64,000 bases of DNA from the sequence record OR892555.1, one strand, 5' to 3'. This DNA is from Escherichia phage EP1. Below are positions 15,718 through 25,193 of this stretch, piece by piece; positions within the stretch are counted from its first letter, which is position 1; each line of letters opens with the position of its first letter. The notes below the pieces were generated by a model that was given only the letters and a program-made list of their open reading frames with translations, searched no databases and was not told the origin of the DNA. The position numbers and the translations under genes are program-made.

Positions 15718-15975
15718 TTATTTGCTACGTTTACGGTTACGTGCTTTCTTAGCTGCACGTTTAATAGCTGCTGCACCAGTCTGACGGTGGGCTTGTTTTT
15801 TACCACCTTTTCCACGTCCAACGTGGATGTAAGGCTGCTGTTCAATTTGGCTTGCAAGAACCTGTGCAACTGCTGAAGCATCTACACCAACTTGCTTACC
15901 CGTCATAGAGACGATTGCTGCTGCTTTTGCCAGTGCCGCTAAGAAACCAGCTTTCATATTGCTAAAAATTCCCAT
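15718..15975 (-). CDS. small basic protein with Gly/Lys/Arg-rich C-terminal tail
   Basis: 85-aa ORF; C-terminus GRGKGGKKQAHRQ...KKARNRKRSK. Confidence 0.45.
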   Translation of the reverse strand: MGIFSNMKAGFLAALAKAAAIVSMTGKQVGVDASAVAQVLASQIEQQPYIHVGRGKGGKKQAHRQTGAAAIKRAAKKARNRKRSK

Positions 15976-15992
15976 TTTAATCTCTCTCTCTT

Positions 15993-16265
15993 TTAAAGTT
16001 TGATGCAGAACTGTGTAAGTTCTTCTTCTGTAATCCCAATTCTTGCGCCGTTGTAAGTTTTGTCTGTAGGGTAAAGCTTGCCATAACTGTGGTCTTCTAT
16101 GACTCTGAAAGTCTTATATTTTAAGATTTCTGATAATGCAATGAGACCACGGCTACCTGAATTTTCATTTGTGAAAAGTACCCACTGGTTGAGTTTTGTT
16201 TCATCAATAGTATAATAACCTACTACACTACTCTGCTCTCCACTGACAATCGCCTTGCCACCCAT
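15993..16265 (-). CDS. hypothetical protein (start moved to internal ATG)
   Basis: ATG at 16265 preceded by GGAGA RBS and clear of the nrdG stop; the longer track ORF overlaps nrdG. Confidence 0.45.
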   Translation of the reverse strand: MGGKAIVSGEQSSVVGYYTIDETKLNQWVLFTNENSGSRGLIALSEILKYKTFRVIEDHSYGKLYPTDKTYNGARIGITEEELTQFCIKL

Positions 16266-16713
16266 ATTCTTTTCTCCAAAGGTTTTGGTTACCAGAACCA
16301 CGATACGGTTTGTTCGTTGGTTTAGAAGCATCATACTTACCATCAATCACCACGTCAACATATTTCATCACTTCATGGTGAATTCTTTGGTGAAGCTGGA
16401 AACCTGTCCAAAGCCAGATAGATTTCTCTGGATAATGCTCTTTAACAGTCTTGCAGATATACGCTACAGTGTCAATGTTACGTTCTTCTAAAGGCTCACC
16501 ACCTAACACTGACAAACCTTCTATACCATCATCCTTTAACATAGCTAAGATATCAGCCATATCAAAATCAGTAAACTCTTTGCCTGCATTGAATTTCCAA
16601 GATTCTTTGTTGAAGCAACCTTCACAGTGATGCTTGCAACCAGCTACAAAGATACTTACACGAGCACCTTCACCATTAGCTGTATCGAACTCTCGAATTT
16701 CCATAAAATTCAT
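16228..16713 (-). CDS. nrdG: anaerobic ribonucleotide reductase activating protein (radical SAM)
   Basis: CKHHCEGC radical-SAM-type cysteine cluster near N-terminus; adjacent to nrdD. Confidence 0.8.
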   Translation of the reverse strand: MNFMEIREFDTANGEGARVSIFVAGCKHHCEGCFNKESWKFNAGKEFTDFDMADILAMLKDDGIEGLSVLGGEPLEERNIDTVAYICKTVKEHYPEKSIWLWTGFQLHQRIHHEVMKYVDVVIDGKYDASKPTNKPYRGSGNQNLWRKEYGWQGDCQWRAE

Positions 16714-17108
16714 TCTACTACCTCCACTTCAATCTTTTCATAAGACATAACATATTCTGGACAGTGTTTGTAAATGAAGTCTTGCAAGATTTTACTATCT
16801 TGTGCAGCAGTCATCAAGGCCACATACTTAGGATTCATCTTCTGGATGTAGCTGTAGAATGAGATATCACCAATCTCGGTTCCCCAATCATCGTCCCAAG
16901 TACCCGTGATGATAATGATTTTATCAAGTAACCAATCAGGAACTACTAAGTTTTCATCCTCTTTGATTGAGTCGATTAACTCCTGAGTGATTGCTAGTTC
17001 ACTGGTGATGTAAAAGCTTGAACCACGACGATGCTCTTTCTCACACTTTCCGTCATCTAACGTGCATTCTTTCAGCACTTCCATTAACGCTTTGGAGATT
17101 TTAAACAT
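16710..17108 (-). CDS. hypothetical protein
   Basis: 132-aa acidic ORF between nrdD and nrdG. Confidence 0.5.
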   Translation of the reverse strand: MFKISKALMEVLKECTLDDGKCEKEHRRGSSFYITSELAITQELIDSIKEDENLVVPDWLLDKIIIITGTWDDDWGTEIGDISFYSYIQKMNPKYVALMTAAQDSKILQDFIYKHCPEYVMSYEKIEVEVVE

Positions 17109-17262
17109 TTTAACTTTCCTCTTAAGTCACAATAAAGGAGTCCTAGACAGAACCCTAGTAAGGTAGAACCGATGAATAAACCAATGATGTTCTCTGCCAT
17201 ATCTAACATCCAATAAAAAGGTGATGCAAGCCTATCAAGACCTACACCACCTTGTCAACTAT

Positions 17263-19404
17263 TTACATAGATTTTCTGTCACGAATTTCAGCAATCTTTG
17301 CATCATTCATTCTTGAAGTTCCCTTGATTTTAGTCCATCCAAGGTAACCACAAACACGGTTAATGACTGAGATATCATGTGAATGACACTTAGGACACTC
17401 TTCAACGTCTGCATTAGGACGATGACCACAATTCTCACAGATTGCTAAGTCAAAGTTCACACCTTGATAGAATCCCTTACCCATACCTCTTGAGACACAA
17501 GCCCTGATAGCTTTATGGTTCTCTGGATTAGCAAGACGAATGTACTGGATGTGACCACCGTTACAGCTATGGAACAGAGGTTCTTCCAAGTCTTGCTTCT
17601 GATACGGAGTAATATCTGCTGCAACGTTCATATGGAAACTGTTAGTGAAGTATTCTTTATCAGAAACATCTTTCACAACACCAAACATATTACGGAACTG
17701 CTTCAATTGCGTCCCACAAAGGCTCTCAGCAGGTGTACCATAAAGGGCATACAAGAAGCCATCTTGCTCTTTAAAGTTTGCCAGACGGTCATTCAGGTAG
17801 TCCAGAACTTGCTGTGCAATCACTTTCTGAGATTCATGCAGTCTACCTTCTCCAGCCAGTACAGAGAGTTCATCCAGTGCAGTTACACCGAAAGAAGCTG
17901 TGAAGGATTTCACAGTATCCCACCCAATCTTATCAGTTGGCTTCTTATCCCCTTTGTACAGGCCACCTTGTGTAAATGCCAGAGGGTTTGAACTTGCTGG
18001 CATATTAGCAATCATCTCATAGCGTTTCTTATGGAAGCTACGAATCATTTCAAGGTATTTGTCAAGCTCTTTCCAGAAGTCTAAACCATTCTCTTTAGCA
18101 TACTGGTAAATCATTGGCAAGTTCAAAGACACTGCACCAATATTTGCACGACCAACGTAGAACTCTTCTCCATTTTCGTCATAGTATGGTGACAGGAAAG
18201 CTCGACAACCCATCGGTGAAATAACCTTACCAGAACGTTCAAAAGATTCTGCAACAGCACCATGACCGGATACACTCAAGAAGTCTGGGTACATTGCTTT
18301 AGAGCAACACTCGATAGCTTTATTGTACAGTTGCCCTTGACAGATATCTTCACTGTGTCTTGTGTGGTCATGAATGTAAACAAGTTTAGGGAACACAACA
18401 GGCTTCTTGTTCTTACCTTGACCATTCATACGAACATCAAGAATAGTGTTTGCAATCATATACTGAAGACGGTTATCTTCGTCAGCCATATCTGAACCAA
18501 GTAAACCAAATGTTAAAGTTGTGAATGCAAAGTCACCACGACTGCAAGGTACGGTATTCAGTTTCATCTCTAGTGACTGGAAACCTTGAGTTAGCTCAAT
18601 CTGTAGCTGTTCCATTACATAATTGTAGTAATGCTCTTTTGGAATCCCATAAGAAGTTGCTTTCTCAGCATGGTAGCGCAAAGACTTCTTAGCATATGGC
18701 ACAAGAATCTTGTCAATCTCTGGGATTGTAAAACCTCCAAATTGTTGTGCAGTTGCTGACAATACAACATCACCGATAACCTGTAAAGCTGACAGAACAG
18801 ACTTAGGTTCACAGTATTCAATTCCAGACATTTCAAAGCCGCCTTTCAGGACTTTACCAATGTCAAACAGGCAACAGTTAATGCCACCAAATACCAAATC
18901 TCTCAGGTCATGAATGTAGATGAAACCTGCTTCAATAGCTTCAAGTTCTTCTGGTGTCAAGTGATACTGCTTGAAGATTTCTTTAGTCAGATATCCACGA
19001 ATGATAGAACCCTTTGTAGAAATTAAGCTGCTGTCAAAGTTAGCATTCTCACGGTCACCTAAGAAGAGGGTGTCTTTAGTCTTCTGATAGAGTTCATCCC
19101 AATTCTGTGCAACCTCTTTACGATAGTTACGATAGGTTGAATAAGATTCGTAAATCTCGTGATTAACCTCTGCTAAAGCCCCTTCAATAATGCTGTGAAT
19201 GTCATCTACAGAAATCAGCAAAGCATTCTGGTTAGAAGCCTTTACAAGAATCCGCATAAAAGCTGACTCAAGAGCATGAACAACTTCTAATGGGAGTTCT
19301 TTATAGCCAACTCGGTTAGCTGACTTTGTAACTGCTGCTAGGACTTTCTTAATATCTGGTTCTTCAAGTGAGCCATTCTTTTTAATAATTTGTACTTTGA
19401 CCAT
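17263..19404 (-). CDS. nrdD: anaerobic ribonucleoside-triphosphate reductase (class III)
   Basis: ATP-cone N-terminus, C-terminal zinc ribbon CENCGH...CPKC and glycyl-radical motif RVCGYLG; start set to ATG at 19404 with GGAG RBS. Confidence 0.9.
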   Translation of the reverse strand: MVKVQIIKKNGSLEEPDIKKVLAAVTKSANRVGYKELPLEVVHALESAFMRILVKASNQNALLISVDDIHSIIEGALAEVNHEIYESYSTYRNYRKEVAQNWDELYQKTKDTLFLGDRENANFDSSLISTKGSIIRGYLTKEIFKQYHLTPEELEAIEAGFIYIHDLRDLVFGGINCCLFDIGKVLKGGFEMSGIEYCEPKSVLSALQVIGDVVLSATAQQFGGFTIPEIDKILVPYAKKSLRYHAEKATSYGIPKEHYYNYVMEQLQIELTQGFQSLEMKLNTVPCSRGDFAFTTLTFGLLGSDMADEDNRLQYMIANTILDVRMNGQGKNKKPVVFPKLVYIHDHTRHSEDICQGQLYNKAIECCSKAMYPDFLSVSGHGAVAESFERSGKVISPMGCRAFLSPYYDENGEEFYVGRANIGAVSLNLPMIYQYAKENGLDFWKELDKYLEMIRSFHKKRYEMIANMPASSNPLAFTQGGLYKGDKKPTDKIGWDTVKSFTASFGVTALDELSVLAGEGRLHESQKVIAQQVLDYLNDRLANFKEQDGFLYALYGTPAESLCGTQLKQFRNMFGVVKDVSDKEYFTNSFHMNVAADITPYQKQDLEEPLFHSCNGGHIQYIRLANPENHKAIRACVSRGMGKGFYQGVNFDLAICENCGHRPNADVEECPKCHSHDISVINRVCGYLGWTKIKGTSRMNDAKIAEIRDRKSM

Positions 19405-19421
19405 TTGTGCTCCTTTATATA

Positions 19422-19446
19422 CGAAAAAGGTCTCCGAAGAGACCCT
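19422..19446 (-). terminator. rho-independent terminator (GGTCTC-cgaa-GAGACC then U-run)
   Basis: read directly. Confidence 0.6.
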
Positions 19447-19450
19447 TATA

Positions 19451-19657
19451 TTAATTCTTTTTGAAAATCTTCTCAACAAACTTTTTGAGTTTGCTGCTAA
19501 TGTCAAGATGGATTTCTAGAATCTCAAAGATTACCCATACTAGCATAGCACCAAACAAAGCACCTTGTTTGATATCAATAAACAGGTTCACAAAGAAGAA
19601 ACCTAAGATAATCATCGGTGCATCAACTGTGAAACCTTCCCACAAACGCTTAAGCAT
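19451..19657 (-). CDS. small two-TM membrane protein with charged C-terminus (holin-like topology)
   Basis: 68 aa; hydrophobic MIILGFFFVNLFI and ALFGAMLVWVIFEIL, C-terminus KLKKFVEKIFKKN. Confidence 0.45.
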   Translation of the reverse strand: MLKRLWEGFTVDAPMIILGFFFVNLFIDIKQGALFGAMLVWVIFEILEIHLDISSKLKKFVEKIFKKN

Positions 19658-19892
19658 TGTTCACCTCTGCCATAAAGTTTTGTAGTGTTCCAACCGGAGT
19701 CAGAACATTGCCATCAGTCTTCATGATGAATGGCATCTGACGAACTGGCATCTGTGCAATATCCATCAGTCCTGACAGTTCATAGTCCTGTCCTAACATT
19801 CTTACAACGTGGTCAATACCACGAGCCTTTGCAAAGTTCTTTGCAGTTTCACACTGAGGGCAACCAGTTTTTGAGTAAATTACGTAAGTCAT
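19650..19892 (-). CDS. glutaredoxin/NrdH-like redoxin
   Basis: 80 aa with CPQC active-site motif near N-terminus; sits beside nrdB. Confidence 0.6.
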   Translation of the reverse strand: MTYVIYSKTGCPQCETAKNFAKARGIDHVVRMLGQDYELSGLMDIAQMPVRQMPFIMKTDGNVLTPVGTLQNFMAEVNNA

Positions 19893-20965
19893 TAAGGAAC
19901 CTCTAAATATCCTGAGTTTAAATCATCTACAACGGTATTCAACAAGTACGCACCGTTTTGCTGTTCTTGGTTAGCATTCTGCTCTTTATCAATTTCCATC
20001 TTCTTAATCATGTATTTCAAAGGTGGTTCTTTAGGAGCTACGAAGTCTCTTGGAATACCAAACATATCATACAATGGTGCAGCGTTATAGTAAACCCACT
20101 CATGCAGAAGTTTTGTATTCAAACCAACTACGGCACGACATTCAGAGAAAATATAATAAGACCATTTCTCTTCACTTTCAACCACTTCATCAAGAATTAC
20201 TTTGATTTCTGGAAGAACCTGACGGAAAGCTTCTTGCCACTCTTCATCTTTCAAAGTTTCTTTCAGTGCTTCAATGTCAATCTTCGTGTGAAGGATTTCA
20301 TCAAGCATAATTTTCTGTACTGCCTGAGCAATACCTTGGAACTTATCTTGTGCATCAAGTGCAAAGGTACATGCAAAGGATGCCATAAAGGATACGCCTT
20401 CCAAGGCTGTTACTGCAAAGAGACCTTTCAAAATCACTTTGTGGAAGTGTAAAGGGTCTTTCTCAAGCAGTGAATCACGAACATAGCCTAAGCGATAGTT
20501 GATACCTTCGTCAAGTAGTTCTTCCAGTGCTCTGTTCACAGTCTTCAGACGGTCTTGCACAGCAGCATTCTGGTTAATCTCATCAAGGATTGTTTCAGGA
20601 TTCTTAATACACTGACGAACAATCTCTGAATAAGTCAAGGCATGAAGGTTCTCAATTTCAGATTGCTTCATAATTGCCGTTGCGTAGATATCATCAGAGA
20701 TGAATGGTGCAAAAGCAAATGCCAAACTCTTAGCAACCTGTGTATCAGCTTCCCACTGCCACTTAAGAATCTCAAGCATTACACCAGACATTGATTCTGG
20801 AACGCTTTCAAAGTCTAATCGTGACTGTTCAAACGGGAACTCATCTTCAGACCAGTCTTGTGCTTTCTGCTGTTTATACAGTTCAAAGATTTTTGGATAG
20901 TGTTTGTTGAGTGAGTCAAAAGTTTTTCGCTCACTCCCTAAAAAGATTGGATGTTGGTTAATCAT
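19892..20965 (-). CDS. nrdB: ribonucleotide reductase small (beta) subunit, class I
   Basis: 357 aa with R2-type di-iron ligand spacing; adjacent to nrdA. Confidence 0.9.
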   Translation of the reverse strand: MINQHPIFLGSERKTFDSLNKHYPKIFELYKQQKAQDWSEDEFPFEQSRLDFESVPESMSGVMLEILKWQWEADTQVAKSLAFAFAPFISDDIYATAIMKQSEIENLHALTYSEIVRQCIKNPETILDEINQNAAVQDRLKTVNRALEELLDEGINYRLGYVRDSLLEKDPLHFHKVILKGLFAVTALEGVSFMASFACTFALDAQDKFQGIAQAVQKIMLDEILHTKIDIEALKETLKDEEWQEAFRQVLPEIKVILDEVVESEEKWSYYIFSECRAVVGLNTKLLHEWVYYNAAPLYDMFGIPRDFVAPKEPPLKYMIKKMEIDKEQNANQEQQNGAYLLNTVVDDLNSGYLEVP

Positions 20966-21237
20966 TCTGGTAGTTTTCCTGTATTAAGAAATTCTCTGGC
21001 TTCAGATGTTGTCATTACAATCCAACGTTCAGTTTTAAACATATCAAGTGACCTTGCGTATGTCTGTCTAGGATTGAAACAATCAGTGTAGCGTATATGC
21101 TCTTTCCAAGAACCATCTGGCATCTTAACTTTTAAATCCAAATCTGCAATATAATACAGTGATTTTCTTGGTGCATAATACAAATACAACGAGCTATCTT
21201 TACTTCTTAGACTTGCAGCTTTGATAAGTTCTAGCAT
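20962..21237 (-). CDS. hypothetical protein inserted between nrdA and nrdB (start moved to internal ATG)
   Basis: ATG at 21237 with GGAGA RBS lies 55 nt after the nrdA stop; the longer track ORF overlaps nrdA. Confidence 0.35.
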   Translation of the reverse strand: MLELIKAASLRSKDSSLYLYYAPRKSLYYIADLDLKVKMPDGSWKEHIRYTDCFNPRQTYARSLDMFKTERWIVMTTSEAREFLNTGKLPE

Positions 21238-21292
21238 AGTTTCTCCAAAGTTATTTTTAGAGGGTCTTTTATGACCCTCATAGTTATTAAAA

Positions 21293-23527
21293 CTAAACAC
21301 CGCAACCCTCGCAGTAAGCATCTTGTAGTGCTGACTTACCAACACCGATACGACTGTTAAGGTAGTACATAGTCTTCATACCAACTGAGTTAGCATAAAT
21401 CATGTACTTCAAAGCTTGCTCTAATGATACCTTTTTCGATTTTGAATAGTCAACATAGAAATCTGAAGAGATAGCTTGACCAGTGAATTTTTGAACAATT
21501 GCATAGCAATCAATCATATCAAAGGTGTCAATATCCCAAGCAATTTCATAGACATACTTCAATTCTTCGTAATCTGGAACGATGAACAGGACGTTACCAG
21601 TTGCTGACTTCTTGGTTAAGATGAAGTCACGAATTGGATACAAACCATTTGTCGTATTAGTTGCCAGTGAAGAACTCTCGTTAGGCATGTAAGCCTCAAG
21701 TACAGAGTTTCTAATACCACCGTTTGCTTTAATACGGTCTGCTAAGTCATCCCAATCATAACGAAGTTTTGCATCGTGTTTTGTATCAATCTTCCTGTTA
21801 GCTGTCTTCGGAGGAACCCAACCTTCAGGGTACTTGGTGAACTTCATATATTCAGGTACACCACGTTCTTTTGCAAGTCTTAATGAAGCCTCATGCAGAT
21901 AGTAAGAGTGCATCTCTGCGAGTTCATGTAGCTTCGTTTTACCTGCTCTTGAAGAATAGTTCACGTAGTTCTTCGCAAGGTAATGAGCCACATTCGTAAG
22001 ACCAATCCCAACAGAACGACGTTTCTGAACGTGGTTACGCATTGACGGATACGGATAGTCCATAAGGTCAATAACGGAGTCAACCATTGCAAGAGCATAA
22101 TAAGCAACGTCAGCGTATTCATCTTCTGTGATTCTCCCTGCTACCAGACTAGCCAAGAAGCAAAGAGCAACTTCACCATCTTCTTTAGGTGCTGTGTAAC
22201 TGTAAAGGTCACGTTCATCTTCGAATCCGTGAACTGGCAATACAATTTCCATACACAAGTTAGACATTTTCAAAGGTTCTTTAAACGGTGTGTGAGTGTT
22301 CGCATTGTTCGTAAAGAACGGATACACACGACCTGTAGCATAACGTTGCTGGATGAACAACTTAGCAACTTCACGAGCCTTAACACGTTTATGCTTAACA
22401 CCTGAATGAACTGCGTGACCGACTGCCATAGCAAATTCATCAGCAGATGCTGTGTAGAACATGTCATAAAGCTTTGGAGCGTCCTTGTAAGAGAACAGCA
22501 ACCAATCTGTGTCGTACTGTACACACTGCCAGAAGTAATCATTTGCACCAAATGAATAATCCATCTCATTAATACGCTTAGAAGGAACCGTTGTAGGATG
22601 CTTCAAACGTAGTAAATCTTCAATCTGCGGGTCTATGGCAGTGTAGAAGTTGTTAGCTGAACCACCACGACTCTTCTGTTTATTAGCCTCTACAGCAGCC
22701 CGTACAAGTTTGTAGTAAGGCAGCTTACCCATGTGTTCAATGGTGTTTTGACGAATACCATCACCAATTGTACGGGTCTCCATCAGCATACCAATACCAG
22801 CTTGCTTCGTGGTCATATCATAAGCTACCTTAGTAGCAATACCAAGAGACTCAGCAGTGTCATTAGCCTTAATTAAGCAGCATGACGCATAACCTGACTT
22901 AGTAGCACGTAAACCATTCAGATAAGGCGTAGGAGCGTTAATCTTCAGGTCAGACAGGTAAGTATACAGATTGATAACATCTTCCAGTCTACGGTGCTTA
23001 GGTTGTCTCTCAAAGGCTTTCATAGCCATACCCATAAACATAAACTGTGGAGACTCAAACAGACGACCTGACTTGATATCTCGGATACCGTATTTGTCAC
23101 GGAACTGTTTCAGTACTGCATAGCCGTAAGAGATATCTTTTGAGTGAACAATGTGACCTTGCAAATAGTCAATCTCTTGTTCTGTGTAATCCATGTGTTC
23201 CCACAAACCCATTTGTTCCATCTTCATAACGAAGTTGAACAGTTGAGGAACTTTTGTGAAACCACCAAAAGCTTCTTTATAGATGATGCCAAGAAGTAAA
23301 CGACCAGCCATATCAGAGTATTCTTGAGTCTGCTTATCAATACAAACGTCAATCATAGCTTGGTGCATCTCTTTGGTAGAGCAACCTTCATAGACACGCT
23401 TCATAGCTTCCATAGTTACTTCTGACCAAATGATTCCTCGTTTGTCAGCCCATGAAGCCCATTTGTTTAAACGTTCTGGTTCGAATGGTACGATTGTACC
23501 GTCAGATTTGCGAATGGTCTTAATCAT
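21293..23527 (-). CDS. nrdA: ribonucleotide reductase large (alpha) subunit, class I
   Basis: 744 aa, ATP-cone N-terminus, C-terminal CEGCGV cysteine pair. Confidence 0.9.
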   Translation of the reverse strand: MIKTIRKSDGTIVPFEPERLNKWASWADKRGIIWSEVTMEAMKRVYEGCSTKEMHQAMIDVCIDKQTQEYSDMAGRLLLGIIYKEAFGGFTKVPQLFNFVMKMEQMGLWEHMDYTEQEIDYLQGHIVHSKDISYGYAVLKQFRDKYGIRDIKSGRLFESPQFMFMGMAMKAFERQPKHRRLEDVINLYTYLSDLKINAPTPYLNGLRATKSGYASCCLIKANDTAESLGIATKVAYDMTTKQAGIGMLMETRTIGDGIRQNTIEHMGKLPYYKLVRAAVEANKQKSRGGSANNFYTAIDPQIEDLLRLKHPTTVPSKRINEMDYSFGANDYFWQCVQYDTDWLLFSYKDAPKLYDMFYTASADEFAMAVGHAVHSGVKHKRVKAREVAKLFIQQRYATGRVYPFFTNNANTHTPFKEPLKMSNLCMEIVLPVHGFEDERDLYSYTAPKEDGEVALCFLASLVAGRITEDEYADVAYYALAMVDSVIDLMDYPYPSMRNHVQKRRSVGIGLTNVAHYLAKNYVNYSSRAGKTKLHELAEMHSYYLHEASLRLAKERGVPEYMKFTKYPEGWVPPKTANRKIDTKHDAKLRYDWDDLADRIKANGGIRNSVLEAYMPNESSSLATNTTNGLYPIRDFILTKKSATGNVLFIVPDYEELKYVYEIAWDIDTFDMIDCYAIVQKFTGQAISSDFYVDYSKSKKVSLEQALKYMIYANSVGMKTMYYLNSRIGVGKSALQDAYCEGCGV

Positions 23528-23546
23528 TATTTTAGAGTCCTACAGG

Positions 23547-23572
23547 TGAAAAGGGTCTCCGAAGAGACCCAT
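23547..23572 (-). terminator. rho-independent terminator (GGGTCTC-cgaa-GAGACCC then U-run) upstream of nrdA
   Basis: read directly. Confidence 0.6.
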
Positions 23573-23578
23573 TAGAGA

Positions 23579-23914
23579 TTAAATGCTAAAGATTTGTTTA
23601 TTTTGCCAAAGTTCATAGAACTTGTTAGAAACCTTGGTAAGTGAGGCTTTTGACATTGCGTTGAAGTACCACCAACGTTTAGTTTCATCAAACAGTTTTT
23701 CAAGGTCTTCGTGCAGGTTGTCTTCCATTCGTGAAATAACAAAGTTACCACGCTTCTTACCAGTAACACGACCAAACTTGATATCACTTCGTCCTTTACA
23801 ATCTTCTGTGTACATCACTATGTCACCGAACCGTAAAGGTTTGTCAAACTTATCTACTCCAAGTTCAACGCCAGCTTTTACATCTTCAATTGTAAGATTG
23901 TTTGCTTTAGACAT
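23579..23914 (-). CDS. hypothetical protein
   Basis: 111-aa ORF. Confidence 0.5.
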   Translation of the reverse strand: MSKANNLTIEDVKAGVELGVDKFDKPLRFGDIVMYTEDCKGRSDIKFGRVTGKKRGNFVISRMEDNLHEDLEKLFDETKRWWYFNAMSKASLTKVSNKFYELWQNKQIFSI

Positions 23915-24239
23915 GATATTTATCCAAGTTTCGTTTCAGGTAAAGCCACCCATCATCAGTGCGTTCAACACCCATGAACAGTGGAGCCGTTACAACCTTT
24001 CCAAACGTATTGCGATGCTGACAAATCTCATAAGAATACGTTTTCTCAATGTTCAGGCCATATTTGAAAAGAACTGCTTTCAAGACCTGTTCATTATCCA
24101 GTAAAGTTTCTGGTGTCTCTCCATATTTTGCTAACAGTGAATCATTCATAAACACTGTCATAGAGAGATTGTAGTTTGAGAAATGGCTCTTTGGAGCCAC
24201 CTCTTCAGTATTAATGTTCTGTGAATCCATTATAACCAA
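23907..24239 (-). CDS. hypothetical protein
   Basis: 110-aa ORF. Confidence 0.5.
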   Translation of the reverse strand: MVIMDSQNINTEEVAPKSHFSNYNLSMTVFMNDSLLAKYGETPETLLDNEQVLKAVLFKYGLNIEKTYSYEICQHRNTFGKVVTAPLFMGVERTDDGWLYLKRNLDKYHV

Positions 24240-24966
24240 CCCCTTTTAACCAATTCTTCAGGTTATTTGCATCATAGTTCAGTTTCGGGTATGAGGTCAC
24301 ATGGAACTTCTCACCGTCATAGTAAACAATATCCGCAAGCCATAATCCGTTTTCTCGGCAGAAGTCTTTGTCTGCTTTTGAACTGATTGGTCGAACTTCT
24401 GTGAAGTCACTCAATCCAAGGTCTTTCAAACTTCCTACAAGACCTTTACAGATAACGCATGTGTCAGATGTTACCACGAATAATTCTTTGCTTTCAAGTT
24501 CCGCAATGAACTCTGCAAGCTGTACTTTAGGAAGATTAGACTGCTTCATAACCTTCTTATCAGACTCACGGATAATGGCGTACCATTCTTTTCCATCAAT
24601 CATTGAAGCACGTACATGACATTCATCACCAGTATACTTCTCGATATCTGCAAGACGCTTCAAAGCTTCTTCGTAGTTATCGGTATACTTCAGGTTGTTA
24701 TTCTCACAGACTGCTTTCATAGCTCCGTCATGGTCATGCTGTGAAAGGTAAATCAGTCCATCAAGAACATACTGTAAATCCGCCTGAGCATCAAGAGCCT
24801 CAATAGGGTCTTTTTCATCAACAGCTTTTAAAAGCTCTTTGGCCTCTTCTAACATACAAAGTGCTTGACTACGCATTGAAGACCAGTACTCAGGTGTATA
24901 AGGAGTCAACGGGGTATTACCACAACGCTGATTCCAAGTTAAAACGGATTCTCTGGAATTAAACAT
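24211..24966 (-). CDS. two-domain protein: N-terminal all-alpha NTP-pyrophosphohydrolase-like region, C-terminal thioredoxin/glutaredoxin-like fold
   Basis: acidic EExxE...D helices (LEEAKELL, DAQADLQYVLDG) then CVIC with glutaredoxin-like spacing; both assignments tentative. Confidence 0.4.
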   Translation of the reverse strand: MFNSRESVLTWNQRCGNTPLTPYTPEYWSSMRSQALCMLEEAKELLKAVDEKDPIEALDAQADLQYVLDGLIYLSQHDHDGAMKAVCENNNLKYTDNYEEALKRLADIEKYTGDECHVRASMIDGKEWYAIIRESDKKVMKQSNLPKVQLAEFIAELESKELFVVTSDTCVICKGLVGSLKDLGLSDFTEVRPISSKADKDFCRENGLWLADIVYYDGEKFHVTSYPKLNYDANNLKNWLKGVGYNGFTEH

Positions 24967-25193
24967 TAAACCTCCTGAAACAGTTTCTGCTGAGACTCAA
25001 TATAATCCAGTCGGCCTTTCAGTTCAACACGTTTGTTAATCAGGTGCTGAATCTGGGACTCAAGAGCCTCCATTTCGGACTCCGTAGCTTCTTTAGCTTT
25101 GACAATTGCATCTTTCAGTGCTGCAATGTGGCTGTCAATTTTAGCTACGTGGTCATTATTAATTTTGTTAAATATCATCTTATTCTCTCTCAT
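24966..25193 (-). CDS. small coiled-coil protein
   Basis: 75-aa ORF, heptad-like charged sequence. Confidence 0.4.
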   Translation of the reverse strand: MRENKMIFNKINNDHVAKIDSHIAALKDAIVKAKEATESEMEALESQIQHLINKRVELKGRLDYIESQQKLFQEV

